From NCBI GenBank assembly GCA_050084515.1, contig CM114271.1, forward strand, positions 25,544,001 to 25,608,000: a DNA stretch of 64,000 nucleotides. The letters run 5' to 3'. Below are positions 25,801 to 39,380 of the stretch, piece by piece (positions within the stretch are counted from its first letter, which is position 1; each line of letters starts with the position of its first letter). Source of the DNA: Blasia pusilla (Eukaryota). The notes beneath the pieces are model-generated. The model was given only the letters and a program-made list of their open reading frames with translations, was not told the DNA's origin and made no database searches. Both the position numbers and the translations under genes were made by a program.

Positions 25801-26684
25801 TGCCCTGGTGGGACCTCAACCACTCCCATGCCTCGGGGGGGCGATGATGGGAAGCACCGGAGAGCATCCATGGTCGACAGGAGGGACCACCCATCCAAAT
25901 CTATCAAAGTCAGGATGTTTAGCCGCTAAGTGGTTCCGAATTCCTGAACGAGTGAAGAATTCGGGACAACATGGGCATTTAGTATCCCGACTAGACGACC
26001 CACGGGTCCCCACACGGGAGAGCCAATGCGGTCGAGGCATGGATGCAACTCACCAAGAAGAGGACATGGCCCCTCCAATAAAATCGTGCGACAATCCCCG
26101 TCAATATGATCCTGTCATCCCCATTCGAACGAGCGGTCTGGCAAACCACTCTCTTCCCGTCCCGGTAATGCTCCCTCTAACATAAATCCCACCTACCGAC
26201 ATCACCTAGGACTTCTAGTCCCAACCCCTCCCAAAAATAAACTCATGAATACGTAGAGTTGCTAAGAGTGTGAAAAGATCATGGGCCCTTCGAGATAAAA
26301 TAGATGAGAAGAAAAGTGTATGTACGGGAAGGGTAACAAATACAAACGTGAATCGAACCAAAATGAGAAGCACATACGACAAATACGACAAACAAGAAAG
26401 GACTTGGGAAAGGAGGGGAAGGGTGGGTGAATAGAGGACGTTACCTTGGGAAATTTCTCCAAATGACAATAAGCTAAGCCATAATATTCACATTTGGAAC
26501 CCTAATATGAACCGAATTCTAAAAAGATGAATAAAAATAAAAATACTTCACGCCATGCAGCAAGGTCCGGATCAACTCTCGTCACGCTCTCCGTTTCGAC
26601 ATGTAGCACGTCTCTTTTCGTCCCCTACGCCCTCCGTCCTTCCTCCCGCCGTCCCCGCCCAAAGATCACCCCGGATAGAATCGC
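22816..26684 (-). mobile_element. CRE-clade-like non-LTR retrotransposon (zinc finger - RT - restriction-like endonuclease), frameshifted
   Basis: N-terminal CPCC..IRNHLAAKH finger (25816-26040); RT LQVDVENAFNSVSR, GTRQGDPLGGALF, LAYDTHIVG, LRVLGVPLG (24021-25001); C-terminal ERIATHEC, ADPTRE, HIYSRL, PLAIEMYG REL-type motifs (23074-23750); candidate TSD CCATTGA. Confidence 0.85.
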
Positions 26685-29149
26685 CCATTGAAGAGTCATG
26701 AATGCAAACCTTCATATTAATGACCAGGAATTGTAAGGAGAAAGGAATAGCGGGGAATTCTCAACCTCCCGGGAGTACCAAAATGGGAAGATGAGGAACT
26801 ACCTGTTTATGAGCCCGCTGGTCCAATTCCAGGTGCCCAATAAACCCCGGATAGGGGATCTTTGATACCCCTAATTCCTCGAGTTATCAGAAATGGTTAG
26901 AGTCGATTATGTTGGATATTAAATGTATATATATTCGTCTTGCAGGGTTTCAGACACTTTTTGAACTACACTCATTTGCATACTACCAATCATGACGCAG
27001 TCCCCAAAGGATCTCCTGGAACTTACACTAAGCACCTTAATCGTGAGGCACCACTTTGGAAAGCAAGAGTTACTGCCTCACCATGTGGTTCATGATAATT
27101 GCATGAGGATATGAAAGGATTTAGAAAACCCTTAGTTTTTTGTTTTTTTTTTCCTTCTAAAATCAAGGAAGAACTCAAGACAATGATAAAGGAAATTCGT
27201 TTATGAGTTGTCCCATACTCATAATGTGGGCAAATATTGAAAATTTAAAATTGTGAAGATAATGCCTAGCCAAGCACCTTTGGAATTAGCATTATAGTAC
27301 CCTTATCCTATCATCTACTATAAAATCTTACTATATCCTATTATTACATTGTCACATTTTTTATATTAAGGAAACAAATATAATCTCGTCACCCAACAAC
27401 TATTTATCTTGGTTGGAGATTTGTATTTAAAAAATTTAGGAGAATATAAAAAATCGTACCCTCATTTGGACAATATCATCATTCAGGTAGGTATGCCCTT
27501 ATGTAAACAAGAGAATAGGGATGTGGTAAGAGAAATGATTCACCGCCAAATAACTTAGGTGAAGACGAGAAAGGAGAACAAGGAGATGTGAAAGGGGGTA
27601 AAGTGGGAAGTCATGGACTTCTCACCTGTCTAGTCTAGGGGAAGGGAACCAGTACCTCATACGTTTGATTGCGTGTCCCATGATCATAGAAAGCTTAAAG
27701 TATCAAGGGATTGTATTTCTATTGATCTAACGTGGGAAGTTTGTAGTTTTCAATACTATAGTAGTGAATATACATCATTAATAATGGCCTGAAAATATGT
27801 TCGCCACGAAAATTCCACACACGGATGAACATTTAGCTGTCGACACTATTTACAAATTGAGAGATTACATAAATTATAACAACATTTATACTTTTTTTTG
27901 GACCAATATAATAATATATCTTGAGAAGTTGATGTTATTGTTTATGATTGTGACACTACAGATGGCATCTATTTGAATACTAATCTCTTAAATCTCAAAG
28001 CCAAGATCAAGAGGGATTGGAATGATGTTGCCTCACACTACCATAGTTGAAGGGATGGAACCCTTTCCAATCTAGAAGGAAATTGCTAAAGCTTATTAAT
28101 TGGGCTTTTAGGGAACAAATGCAAAATGAAGATATACATTGCTTGAATATTTTTTAGAAGGTTCTCAAATAATTACACATAAAGGGTATTAATTGCCTTC
28201 TAAACTATGAATGACCCGTTTGTTGTGAACCTTATGACCCTTACTCATGGCTATAGAATTTAGAATTTTAGAAGATTCTCAAATAATTACACATTACCAA
28301 ATATAATAAAATTTATCTCAAACACAAATCTCAAGTTTGGAGAGGTTACCTTTATAATATCATGAAAATTAGATGAAAGAAGAAGCTTGTGAAATTGGAC
28401 TAAGATGTATTTCATCCTTTGATCCTAAAATAGAAATAATCTTTTTTTCAAACTCTTATATGGATGTGACGTAGTGCATCTTGTCATTCAATTCTAGATA
28501 TGTTTTTTCATATTGAGTGGTGATTACGTCTTTTGTTCGAAAACTCGCACAATAGAGTCTGACGAATTTTGCCAAAGTTTTGATATGACAAAAATGTTAT
28601 TTAAATCTCCTCTTGTTGAGGATTTCATTTTAGAATCAAGAAGTAACATGGGTTTCCAAAGAGTGTAGGAAGGGCCAAAGTATGTTGATATGCATTATGG
28701 ACCCCCACTTAAAGTCGAAGGCAAGATAATGCATCTTTCAAATATCCTATCATCTATATCATCGCTACATCTGACATTCTTCATACCTTGATACGATCCT
28801 TCACGTAATTGCTTGTAATTCGAGTGGATCCAAGATAATTGTTGCAAACAAATTAACTACATACTCTTGACTAAGTCTATCAAAAGAAAGTAATTGGTGA
28901 TTATCTTTAGTGTTATTTTGTACTTGCGATCATAAGGAAGAAACTATAAAGAGATAATAATCTTTCTCTTCCTCATCTCATCCCACTTTTTATCGTCCCA
29001 TCCAATCTTTTTGTGCCTTTATCTTCATCTAGTATCGATGCTAAATTTTCCACCATATGATTATTTTTCAAACACATCCCTAAACAATACACATTATGTT
29101 TCTATCGTGAAATCAACTTGGAAATATATCGCTCTCACAATCATTGAGT

Positions 29150-29900
29150 AACAATCAAGTTAAACCAATTATCCTCTTGAGGGCATCCAAGTTGAATGTA
29201 TCGTTGGAAGCACTATACCCAAGCTCATCCTTGAAGGACTCACATATAGAAAGATGAGCCTCTCCTAGTCTCTCCTTGGGACATACCATGTCCTCAACCC
29301 TAACTCTCCCAAAAGTTGATTTGTACATAGATATCATCTTAACTAATAGAAAAGGTTGTTGACTAATCCAAGAAGATCTCACGAAAGCCCCAACATGAGT
29401 TGTACACACAAGTTACAAATGGAGGCCAACGTTTCCCTATTGGACTCTTCAATGCCAACCATATATGTAATCCTTCTATAAGACCACATTATGTATTCTA
29501 GTTTGGCTACAAGTGACATAACAGTTGCCAATTTTCTTGTGTGTATTGTAGACCCTAAATGCTACCTAACCTCCCAATAACAACACAACAAAAAAATTTC
29601 ACAAGAATCTATGTCTCATTCATGTCATACTTTGCTTTTATGTTAGTGTGTAAGAATTTCAAAATGCTCTCTTACATCATTGACATCATCAAAGAAAAAA
29701 CGATCTTCCTCCAAAGCAATGGGCATGTTTATTGTTTAGGCCTCAAGACCTTTGCTTGCTTGCTTTAAAAATGACATGGAAGGAAATGTTACTTGCTTGA
29801 TTGGGAACTTGTAGAAATACTTTTATATGTGGACTAATTTGATGTAACCTTCCCTTGTAGACCTCTTAAGTTGTTAAGTCAAAGATCATAAGATACAACC
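29150..29900 (-). mobile_element. Highly decayed LINE RT remnant
   Basis: Faint RT-like words (QTCPL, FFDDV) among many stops in AT-rich DNA. Confidence 0.3.
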
Positions 29901-30313
29901 TTTTCTTTATTCTCAACATCATGAATCTAGATTTGAGCACATTGATCAAAATCACCCAATTATTGATGAAATGGCTCATATTAATGATATATCACGTCCT
30001 CTAATCAATGCTAATTAAAGTGTTGAATTGTACGCGTAAGCACAAGAAAAAAATGATGGCTATTACCATCAATACAAAAAATCAACACCTCTAAATTTGG
30101 AGGATAAGTCTTTCATAGAGGAATTTTGAATATTCAAATGATCATAACATGAACCAAAAAATTAAAAATAAAAACCTTGTAATCTATTTCCTCTTATAAT
30201 TCCATTGAAATGTATGGCAAATTGGATATATATCTAGTATGAAAGAAATAGTAGTCGATGATTTATTGGATTAATATATCCTCATAATGAATTTTATTCT
30301 CAAGTCTATGTGC

Positions 30314-30700
30314 GCAAACATATCCATGTCCATCCGTAGAACAAACATGTCCTCGCAGACCCGGGTACTTACAGTCCGTACATGAGCCCACTATGCACGC
30401 AACGTAGACTTGGGCTCGGCCAGCCCGCTCCCAATCTAGGAAACCTTCGCCTATTCTTGCTACCCGTTCTATAGGTTTTTGCAACTCATTTGGTAGACGG
30501 TGCAGGCTACATGCCGACCGCTTCCTTTCCGCCTCCCTTAATCTGAGCCCGCACCTGTTCCCATGTCCAAAGCCCGCGCGGACCATTGGAGTACCAAAAA
30601 CACCTAGGCACAGGACGTATTGGGCATGTTTGTCTCGTAGACGGACATGGCCATTTCCCTGCAACCTTATTTACTCCTATCTCTTTATTGGAAGGTCTGC
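30314..30700. mobile_element. 387-bp non-autonomous insertion
   Basis: GC-richer island flanked by the 8-bp direct repeat CTATGTGC (30306-30313, 30701-30708); weak inverted termini GCAAACATATCCA / GCAGACCTTCCA. Confidence 0.5.
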
Positions 30701-30980
30701 CTATGTGCAAGATTTAAGAACTTATGCACATTCAAGTTTTTCTATATATTCTTTGAAATGTGGCTAAGTCCATTTGTGGCTATGTTACCCTCATTAATAT
30801 TAATTGAAGTAGGAAATGGATCTTCATATTCTCCAATGCATATTTGATAAGGAGCCTCAATTTTTTTAATAGTAGTTGAGGTCTCCTCAACTACTATTAA
30901 ACATTTCATTAAATATAAAAGTTTCATTTATTTCATCCATAGTAAGAGGGTTTATTTTGGGATAGCATATACATATACAT

Positions 30981-31250
30981 ATCTATATTATTATTGGAAA
31001 GTGCCCCTTCATATTGCACACTCTTCTCCCCTTCACACTTGGTATTCTCAACCAATAGGATTGCTCGCTTTCTCAACCAATAAGATCATTAAAAACTAAT
31101 TTAGGATGAAACTTGACAATTTTGATAATTAATTATCATTGCGGGAGATAGTTAAGTTATATTATGTTGATCCTATTGGTTGAGAATGACAACTTTCAAG
31201 AGGAGAAGAGTTTGCAAAATCAAGGAGAATTCTCTAATAATACTATAGAT
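30981..31250. mobile_element. Foldback/MITE-like element with about 80-bp imperfect terminal inverted repeats
   Basis: Left arm ATCTATATTATTATTGG..CTCTTCTCC..ATTCTCAACCAATAGGAT matches the reverse complement of about 31170-31250. Confidence 0.7.
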
Positions 31251-34019
31251 TAAGAAGGTATCATAAACAAACATCCTAGCTATTTGACACATATTACCTC
31301 TAGTTTAAACTAAAACCATGACATAAAATTGAAGGCTATGGGTAACATATCCAAAATTTTGAATGTATTATTCTCTGAAGTATTGTTATATATATAATAT
31401 TATTCTAAATAATGATTTGATCACATATTATCTTGGTGGCTTCTTCATTTAGTGTTACATAAACCCGAATTTAGTATTACATAAACCCGAATAACTCTCC
31501 ATTTTCTTTAATAATCTTTTTGGTAGTTCATTACCTTTACCTTTAAGTTGCTATTTTTTTTTCCATAAATGGCACCTTTTCTTCTTTGTAACCTCTTCTT
31601 AGAATTGTTTTCAAATATCATGTAACCTTAATGCATTCAAGGACATTGAGAATATGAGAATCTTTAAAATGTTCTAAGAGGTAGAAAATCTAGTAGGATG
31701 ATGAAGAAAGTGATCTCCCCATCATTTTTTTTTGCACCACCAATAAACTTATGTGAAATTTGGATTAATTATTGCTTTTGAAATTTCGGTAATATTATAA
31801 AGGTTCATTGTTCAAAATTTCTTGGTCGCTTCTTCACAAAAGCATAAAAAAATGAACATTACAATTTATCAACTTTATGTAAACTAACAAAGGGAAGAAG
31901 ACCATTTTTAGGTCTACACCAACAAGAATATGAACTTGATCAAAATCTTTGAGGTTTGCTAAAAGAGTGTCTATTTTTTAGAAGAGAACAAATCATTGGC
32001 ATATATGGTTTAAATTCATCTAGTTAATATGATGTGTGAGAAGGTTACAATGATCACGATACATCCCACAATTAATCAAGAAAGTAAGGAAGGAACACTT
32101 AAGCTCTAAACCCCTTCCATAATTGGTAAAAATTAATACAATATAGTTTATTTTATAAGGCCCTAATCCTATATCTCTTAAGTCAAATCACATAGAAGAT
32201 GCTCAAGCAAATAAGGCCTTCTTGTTCCTTAATGGCATTTTCATTTTTTGTTCCTTGATCATATTCCATCATTTTGGTATCAAGATTAAGACGGCCCAAA
32301 TAGGTAGAAACAAAGAATTAAGGTTGGGACACGGTTCAAAGCATCATTATAAACAAGGTATGAATTTAAAAGGGAGATAACAACCTTCCTGCAATTGAAG
32401 GAAAATTGAAGGGGTTTGAAGGAGGAGGAGTTAAGATTTCAACTTGTGCGTAAAATGGGAACATATTTATATGGTTTTAAAATACTATATTTGGAGGAAA
32501 AAAATCCATGTGAAGTGGATGATAGTTGTATGAACAATACATAATCTAACATTGTATGGGAAAGAGGAGGAAATAAATAGAAATAATATCTAATTCTTCT
32601 TATATATATATATATATTCTTTATGAAATTTTATTGTATGGGGAAGAGAGGAAATAAATAGGAAGAGGCTTAAAAGTGGAGAGTCTATGTGATGGTGGTG
32701 TTGAAGTTGAGCGAGCTAGGGAAGGTAGCGGACATGGATTGGTTGCATATGCTTGATGGTGTTTCTAGCGTACTTCAATTGCAAGATATTTAGTAATTTT
32801 TCAATTTTTCTTCATCTCATATGCTAATAGCAAATTCGATGTTATACCTATTATTAATTTATAAGTAAAAATAACTTAGGATGATATATTATGGAAAAAT
32901 ATGACCATATATAATTTCATCTTTGATCCGACAATAACAAAATTATGACATCTGACTAATAATAGAGATTGGTTGAATATGTTAATATCTTCAAAGTGAA
33001 CAATACGCCTTACTATATTTTTTAAGAAAGATTGCTTTCCTTTGAAGGCATCATTTGAAAGATCGTTATCGGAATATAATAGATTACTTGCCTTGCGCAT
33101 TTGTTCCAATTGTGAACATTCAAGTCTATTGAGTAGCAATGTTCTTTTTGAAGCAATCTTGGTTTTCATTTAATATATTGAAATAAAATCTATTTTTATT
33201 TTAAGATTTCACTTATGTATAAGGGATAATGCCTTATGCTTGAGCGGGATTGTTGATATATGTCTTATCTCAAAATAGCTAAATATTAGGTATGGTAATA
33301 TTTAGAGTGAAAGGTCATAAAGCGATTTGTATATGTTCATGTATCGTGCATGTTATAATTATAATCCCATTACCCATGCCTAAAATTGTCTTTAGAATCT
33401 TTTGGTGGCACGTCGCTTCAAAATGCAAAGATACATCATGATGTCAAGGTAGTGGATAAGTGTATGTATCACCGCCAATGCCATTTGATGTGCTCAAACT
33501 CTAGAGCTTAGCTTGGGGATGCAATCTATGGGAATGTAGGGATGAGGTAGAGCACTTAGCAACAATAGGAATTTTCAAATATACGAGGCATTCTTGAAGG
33601 ATCCGAGCTCCAATTGTGTTTTTCAAAATTCTTTCGGCTTTTATCATTTCTTTCACTGTTTCATTTGGTCAACAACACAACACATCTTATGTATGAATCT
33701 ATAGGTCATTTTGCAAAGCAATGTGAAAGGATTCCTTAATGTAGTTGGAGACACCTTCACTTAGATATCCTTGTGCACTCTACACAATATGCAACATGGA
33801 GAGTAATATATCCAAAAAATTTACAAGTTACAAAAGAACCAAGTGGGCAACGCCAATACTCCCGAATAGCTTGAGATAACTAGACATGTCACGGATTAGG
33901 GGATGCAATTCGATTTGGTTGTTGAAAAAAGTTACATGATCTGAGATGTGTGCTCATCTTCATTATATAGAGTCTCTTCTGTGGTGCTCATAGCTATTCA
34001 TGAACAACTAAGTCTAGTG

Positions 34020-34174
<155 letters not shown>

Positions 34175-35799
34175 CTGCAGCTTTTCTCTACGTATGCTCG
34201 GATCTGCTCAAACGATCTACAATATCTACATGCTAATGGTCAATTTCAACAACACCTCAATAAGTGGGATGTATTCCATGATGATCATAATTGCACAAAA
34301 AAGTACAAGTTTGGATATGTCCACAGACATGCATTATAAGAGATGGGGCCCATACTTATAGTTCATGATGGAAAGTAGGGCAACGTTAGGTGAGGCAAAT
34401 AAGGGGGGGGAGGAAGATGGGAAAGTATGGAACATAGACGCAAATGGAAGGGGGGGTGAGAAAGAAGGGGAAGGTGGGGCATATGTGGACAACTCCTTCC
34501 GTAAGACGGACATAAGTCCACCGACATAGACTTTGTCCACATGCAACCTTCATGATGATCCATCAGCATTAGGATCAAAAGCCATGAAACCATAAGAGTT
34601 ATGCTTCCTATTTTAAGCTCGAGCCACTTGGACTTGGCATCACATTCATCCACAACCTACGTACTTTTTAACTTTACATTCACGGTGCCTAATTATACCA
34701 ATCTTTTCACGAAAACACTCTCTTAGAGATATTTCCCCATTTTTAAATTCTTAACTTGGAATCCACAATACCTCTCTACTATCCTATTCAAAAGCTCCTC
34801 GAGCTTATGGTATAAGGACAAGGAAAAAATATTGAAGATTGAGTTATAGTCAAGCTCATTAGACACACATACAAACTACCATCTTTGCTATTCATGCGAA
34901 ATAAGGAAAGCTTAATCTTGGTTAGTTAGGTAAGCAAGATTTCCCTTTTTAGAAAGATGAATTGCAAACGAAATTGTATCCATTGATCTTTTATTGGTTA
35001 TTCTATTAAGAAATGTTGCAAATATGCTCAACTTTCATTAATTATATGCATGGTTTTGAGTACTCTCGTTGGATCATGTAGGCAAATCCATAAACCAAGA
35101 TGTCTTTCCTCAAGACTAATTTGAACCCTCCCTATGTGTCATGCCCTACTCTTGTTGAATGTCAATCTCTGATGTTGCAAAAGCGTACGTTCAGTAGGTC
35201 ACGCTCCCTCTATTGACAAACAGCCAAACACACTCTTATTAGTCTTGGTTTGAGTCTACTAGCCTTCCAACTCACCAAGCTCTCAACTCGGCCATACATC
35301 AGCCTCAATAGGTCCCAACTCCCAATATGAGAAATTCCTCTATATTTGGGACAAACTTTTTTTGGATAATCCAAGCACCTTAAACGGCGCTCACATGCCT
35401 AGCGATCCCAACTATCCAATGGACCTCGGATGAATCCCTAACCAAGATTCAAGAATTGAGGCACGGGTTGGAATCCACCGGTGACCTCTGAAATTCATCC
35501 CCTTGGACTTGGCTCAATGTTCACATCCCAATGCCTCACGATCCATTACGTGCCCTTGATTCGCCTTATAGCTCCCCAAAGTGGAATTCAGGTCTCAAGC
35601 ACCCTTGGAGACCCTCCCCCTTACATATACTTATGGGATTCTCTAACCTTCCCTTACCTTTGGGAAAGTACTCTCACGCCGCTCCTTTTGGCCCTCAACG
35701 TAACCCAAGTGTCCTTTCGACAATTTTTAGGCAGTTTTTTTGTCTTTGCTTATGCGTTTGTTTAGATCTTTGGTGTGTTGGAATTGTCTTTGCATAATC

Positions 35800-38700
35800 T
35801 TGCCAACTCCATCTACTTGTCGCAAATGTATCTTGGGTCTGGAGGTTATGACCTAAAACATAATAAAAACCCAAACGTTAATCAAATTCCAATTTTGGTT
35901 CTCATTCTCTTTGGAAACCCACTCTTCTTAGATTTTACTCTTCTCAAGTCATGGCTCATGTTTGGTCTAGGTTTCCCGAGTCGCGATCCTTATCACAATA
36001 AATGCTTAACCTTACTCGCTTCTCAAATCTTATGTCTCCTTCAAGAGAAATTTGCGACACACGTCCATCCTAGTGCTATCGCTCTTAAAGTCATGGTGTT
36101 TCACATCGCCACACGTTTGGCTAAGAGGGTTGCAAAACTATGCCTTATGCAATGGATTTCTTAAGGACTACATTATACCCCAAGAAAGGCACTTCTATGT
36201 ATGTGATCTATGCATTAACCATGCATTTTGCACAAATATAAATGTTTATATGATACCCTCTTACATTAGGGTATTGCTTAGTGTAAATCCTATGCACTTG
36301 CAACTCAAAAATAGAAATGCAAAGCAAGTTCAATGGCTTTTACAAGGGATTCTTCGCTTCAACTTCACTTCGCGACTCCCCTTTCATTGGATTAAACCTT
36401 GGTAATAGTATAATTGAAAATGGATGCTCTATTCCACTCTCCATTCATCAATTTCTTAAGATCAATTTGGATATTAACCCTTTGTATCAATATTATAAGA
36501 CTCTCATTGAGTTAACAAGTTCATCTTCTAGACTAGTTATATTTCCTTAATCCCTCTCTTCAAACCATAATACAATCATCTTAGCAAAAAAAAAAGCTCC
36601 TCATAGTAGGAATCATGACCCTTATCATTTCGACTTGAACCTCCTTCAAGACGTTGCATACTCGTTACCAATTCAAAGGATAACATCCATTTACGTTTTT
36701 TTTATGACGGTAGTATTTCCTCATGGGCAAGTGCCCCTTCTTGAGTCGACAACCTATTGCCTCATATTTTGGCATTTCCCTTTATCCATACTTAACCATA
36801 GAAAATGCTTTATTTCCGTTTATGTTCCCTTTTCAGTGTGGGATTTTAACATATAGATCTACCTTTTTTTTATTATATGCAAGCCAGATCACATCAACTA
36901 TTTAGTCCATTTTCACTTTACAAACCATACTTGCTACTCATGTACTATATACGACAGTCCATTGCACTTTTCTCAACCTCTAATAATTTTGTGTTGAATA
37001 AGGAGTTAGATAGACTACGGAAAGATAGGCTAACTTAAGTGACAAAGACTTGTATCGACATTTATCCCGATACTTTATTAGTCCTCAGATTCCTAGTAGC
37101 CCCTCTTGGCATAGAGATTATCTTAAAGACCTCAAAGTTATGTTGCACAAGTGGGGCATGCCTCATCTATTTATAACCCTAAATTTAGATGAAGTAACCA
37201 CCACGAGACGACATGAATTTAATGATATGTATTGAGTCTATACTCACCAAACTTAATCCTAATTTCACTTGGCGAGACACCCCATCAAAGTGTGCACAAC
37301 TCTTTCATGGGAGGCTCCATAGATATAGAAAAGACTATACATACTTTTATGGGCCATGTATTCTTGGGAGAGTTCAAGACTATATGCTAGGTTATGAATA
37401 ACAAGGAAGAGGGAGTGTACATTGTCATTTGATATTGTTGTTAGATAGTCTAGACGTCAACCACATCACATCAAAAAATTGTGCTTATATCCCATCATCT
37501 AGCACCACATAACATGTATGATATTTTAGTTGTACATAAGTAACCACATAAATGAAAAGAAGGAATTTGCATTATTAGGAGGAAATCATAGCAGCCCTAT
37601 TGTCCTCTCGGATTCCTTGCTAGTGTAAATCCTAATACTCAGCCTTTCATTGATCTAACTACAATGAAGTGGAACTATTATAGGCCTTTATCAAAGGATC
37701 GTAATGAGATCCCTTATCATCCACTTGTATTATTGCTATGGGATGTCCATGTAAATCTTCAAAGGATAACTTACTCTGATTGGTCCTTGTACTTGCTTAA
37801 GTGTGCCTTGAAATTTAAACCTAGATGCTCATTAGATATTGATACGGAGATAACTAAAATTTAGACAAGATAAAGTTACATTTAGTGTATGAAGTTGTTT
37901 TGAATAGATTTGTTTCATCCACAAAGCTTCTCTAACGTCTTTACAAATTCCCATTATTTATAGATCTTCGGCTATCCATTATATAGATTGAAATCCTCCA
38001 ATTAAACAAAACAAACATACATATATAAAAATTCATGTGTATCGTGCAGTCATGCAACTACTTCGTACACAAACATGCTTTCCAAACTTGAACATCTCTC
38101 AGTTATTGCATATTGGTATACTCATGAATTATTGAATTCATATCCAACCAAACCTACTACAATTTTTATTGGATTGGAAAATTTTAGTAATGTTGTATGC
38201 AAACCAATCGTCAAGTCAGATTTACAAAGTTCCATCCACATTACCAATGGAATGAATTTTTCTATCTACTTTTTCTTGCAACCATATAGTTTGCATCATA
38301 AGAAGAAATACTAACATATCACATACCTCCATGGACATACCTTCATCAGTGTGTTCACCATCAAATCATCAATGAATAGCACGGGGGATATTCATAATTT
38401 AATAAGATCCCATGCTCAATGTATCGTATGGAGCAAAGTTCATGAGGCTGAGATAGTTTCCAAAACCATATATAGTTTGCAGTGTGAAGTAGACTTTAGA
38501 CATTAGTTTCATAGTTAATTCACTAAGCCCTCATGTAGTAGTACATAAAGTTGTTTTTGATGATTCAAATGCATGATGCATTTGATATCAACTTGCTCAA
38601 TCCAGAGCACACGTTGATATTCGAGAATCTTATTTTTCTAACATTCGGGTTGGTCCTACTCAAAGGGGCACCAAGATGTGGGAAAACTTTTCTTGTGTTA

Positions 38701-39380
38701 TCCATGTACACATTTTGGGGATCCAAGCAAATGGCACCATTACTAACGATGAATTTTTTTTCCAACCATCAGAATGCATCTTGATGTAACTACTATTCAT
38801 TCAATATTTGGAATCCTCGTTTTGTGGTGATCTGCCAATAATGCATGCTGCTTTTGATTCATACACGAGGCTTAAATTTGCACAACTAATTTTCATTGAT
38901 GAATGCTCAATGTAGAGCAACAAAGTTACTTCAAATTGTAGCAATGCCCGTCAATGAAGTTTCACCTTGTATTGGTCATAATTTTTTTGGATGTAAGCTA
39001 ATTCTTATAGTGGGAGATATGTGCCACCTTCCACCCATTTGTAGCCATAGGAATGTAGATTTCTGCCATGAAAATCACATTTCTTCATCTATTTTTCTTA
39101 CCAATGTCCTCTCGTACGAGTTAGTCACTCCCATGAGATATTTAGATAGCCCCACCTATCATCATTTCTTGAGCTCTATTAAAATTACGTTCCCAACATA
39201 AGAAGAAATAGATACTTGTTTAGATGATTGTTTTATTTCAAAAAATGAGGTTTTTGATTATATTAATTCAGACACAACAAACATTTGCACTGATTCTGAT
39301 GATGTCACGATTTTCAATATCCTAGTTGTGAAGAGACATTTTGGAGATGCTTCAACTTTTGTAGTAAAAGTGGCAATAGA
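35800..39380 (+). mobile_element. Decayed Helitron Rep/PIF1 helicase, interrupted at 39380
   Basis: WGMPHLFITLN (Rep motif 1), YE*QGRGSVHCH (HUH motif 2), IPYHPLVLLLWDVHVNLQ..YLLKCALK (motif 3), LKGAPRCGKTF (Walker A), FFGCKLILIVGDMCHLPPI (PIF1 motif III). Confidence 0.85.

Larger units (their letters stand above)
19924..27096 (+). pseudogene. Possible spliced host gene or pseudogene of unknown product, with two CRE-like insertions in introns
   Basis: GC-rich 5' region, then short exon-like blocks with AG/GT borders (about 21235-21345, 21604-21670, 21992-22057, 22231-22265, 26946-27096); a stop in one block; no recognisable domain. Confidence 0.3.

Noticed and set aside
34330-34760. Possible solo LTR or Copia RNase H remnant
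   Set aside because: Only a faint NLFTKTL similarity; no second copy or TSD found
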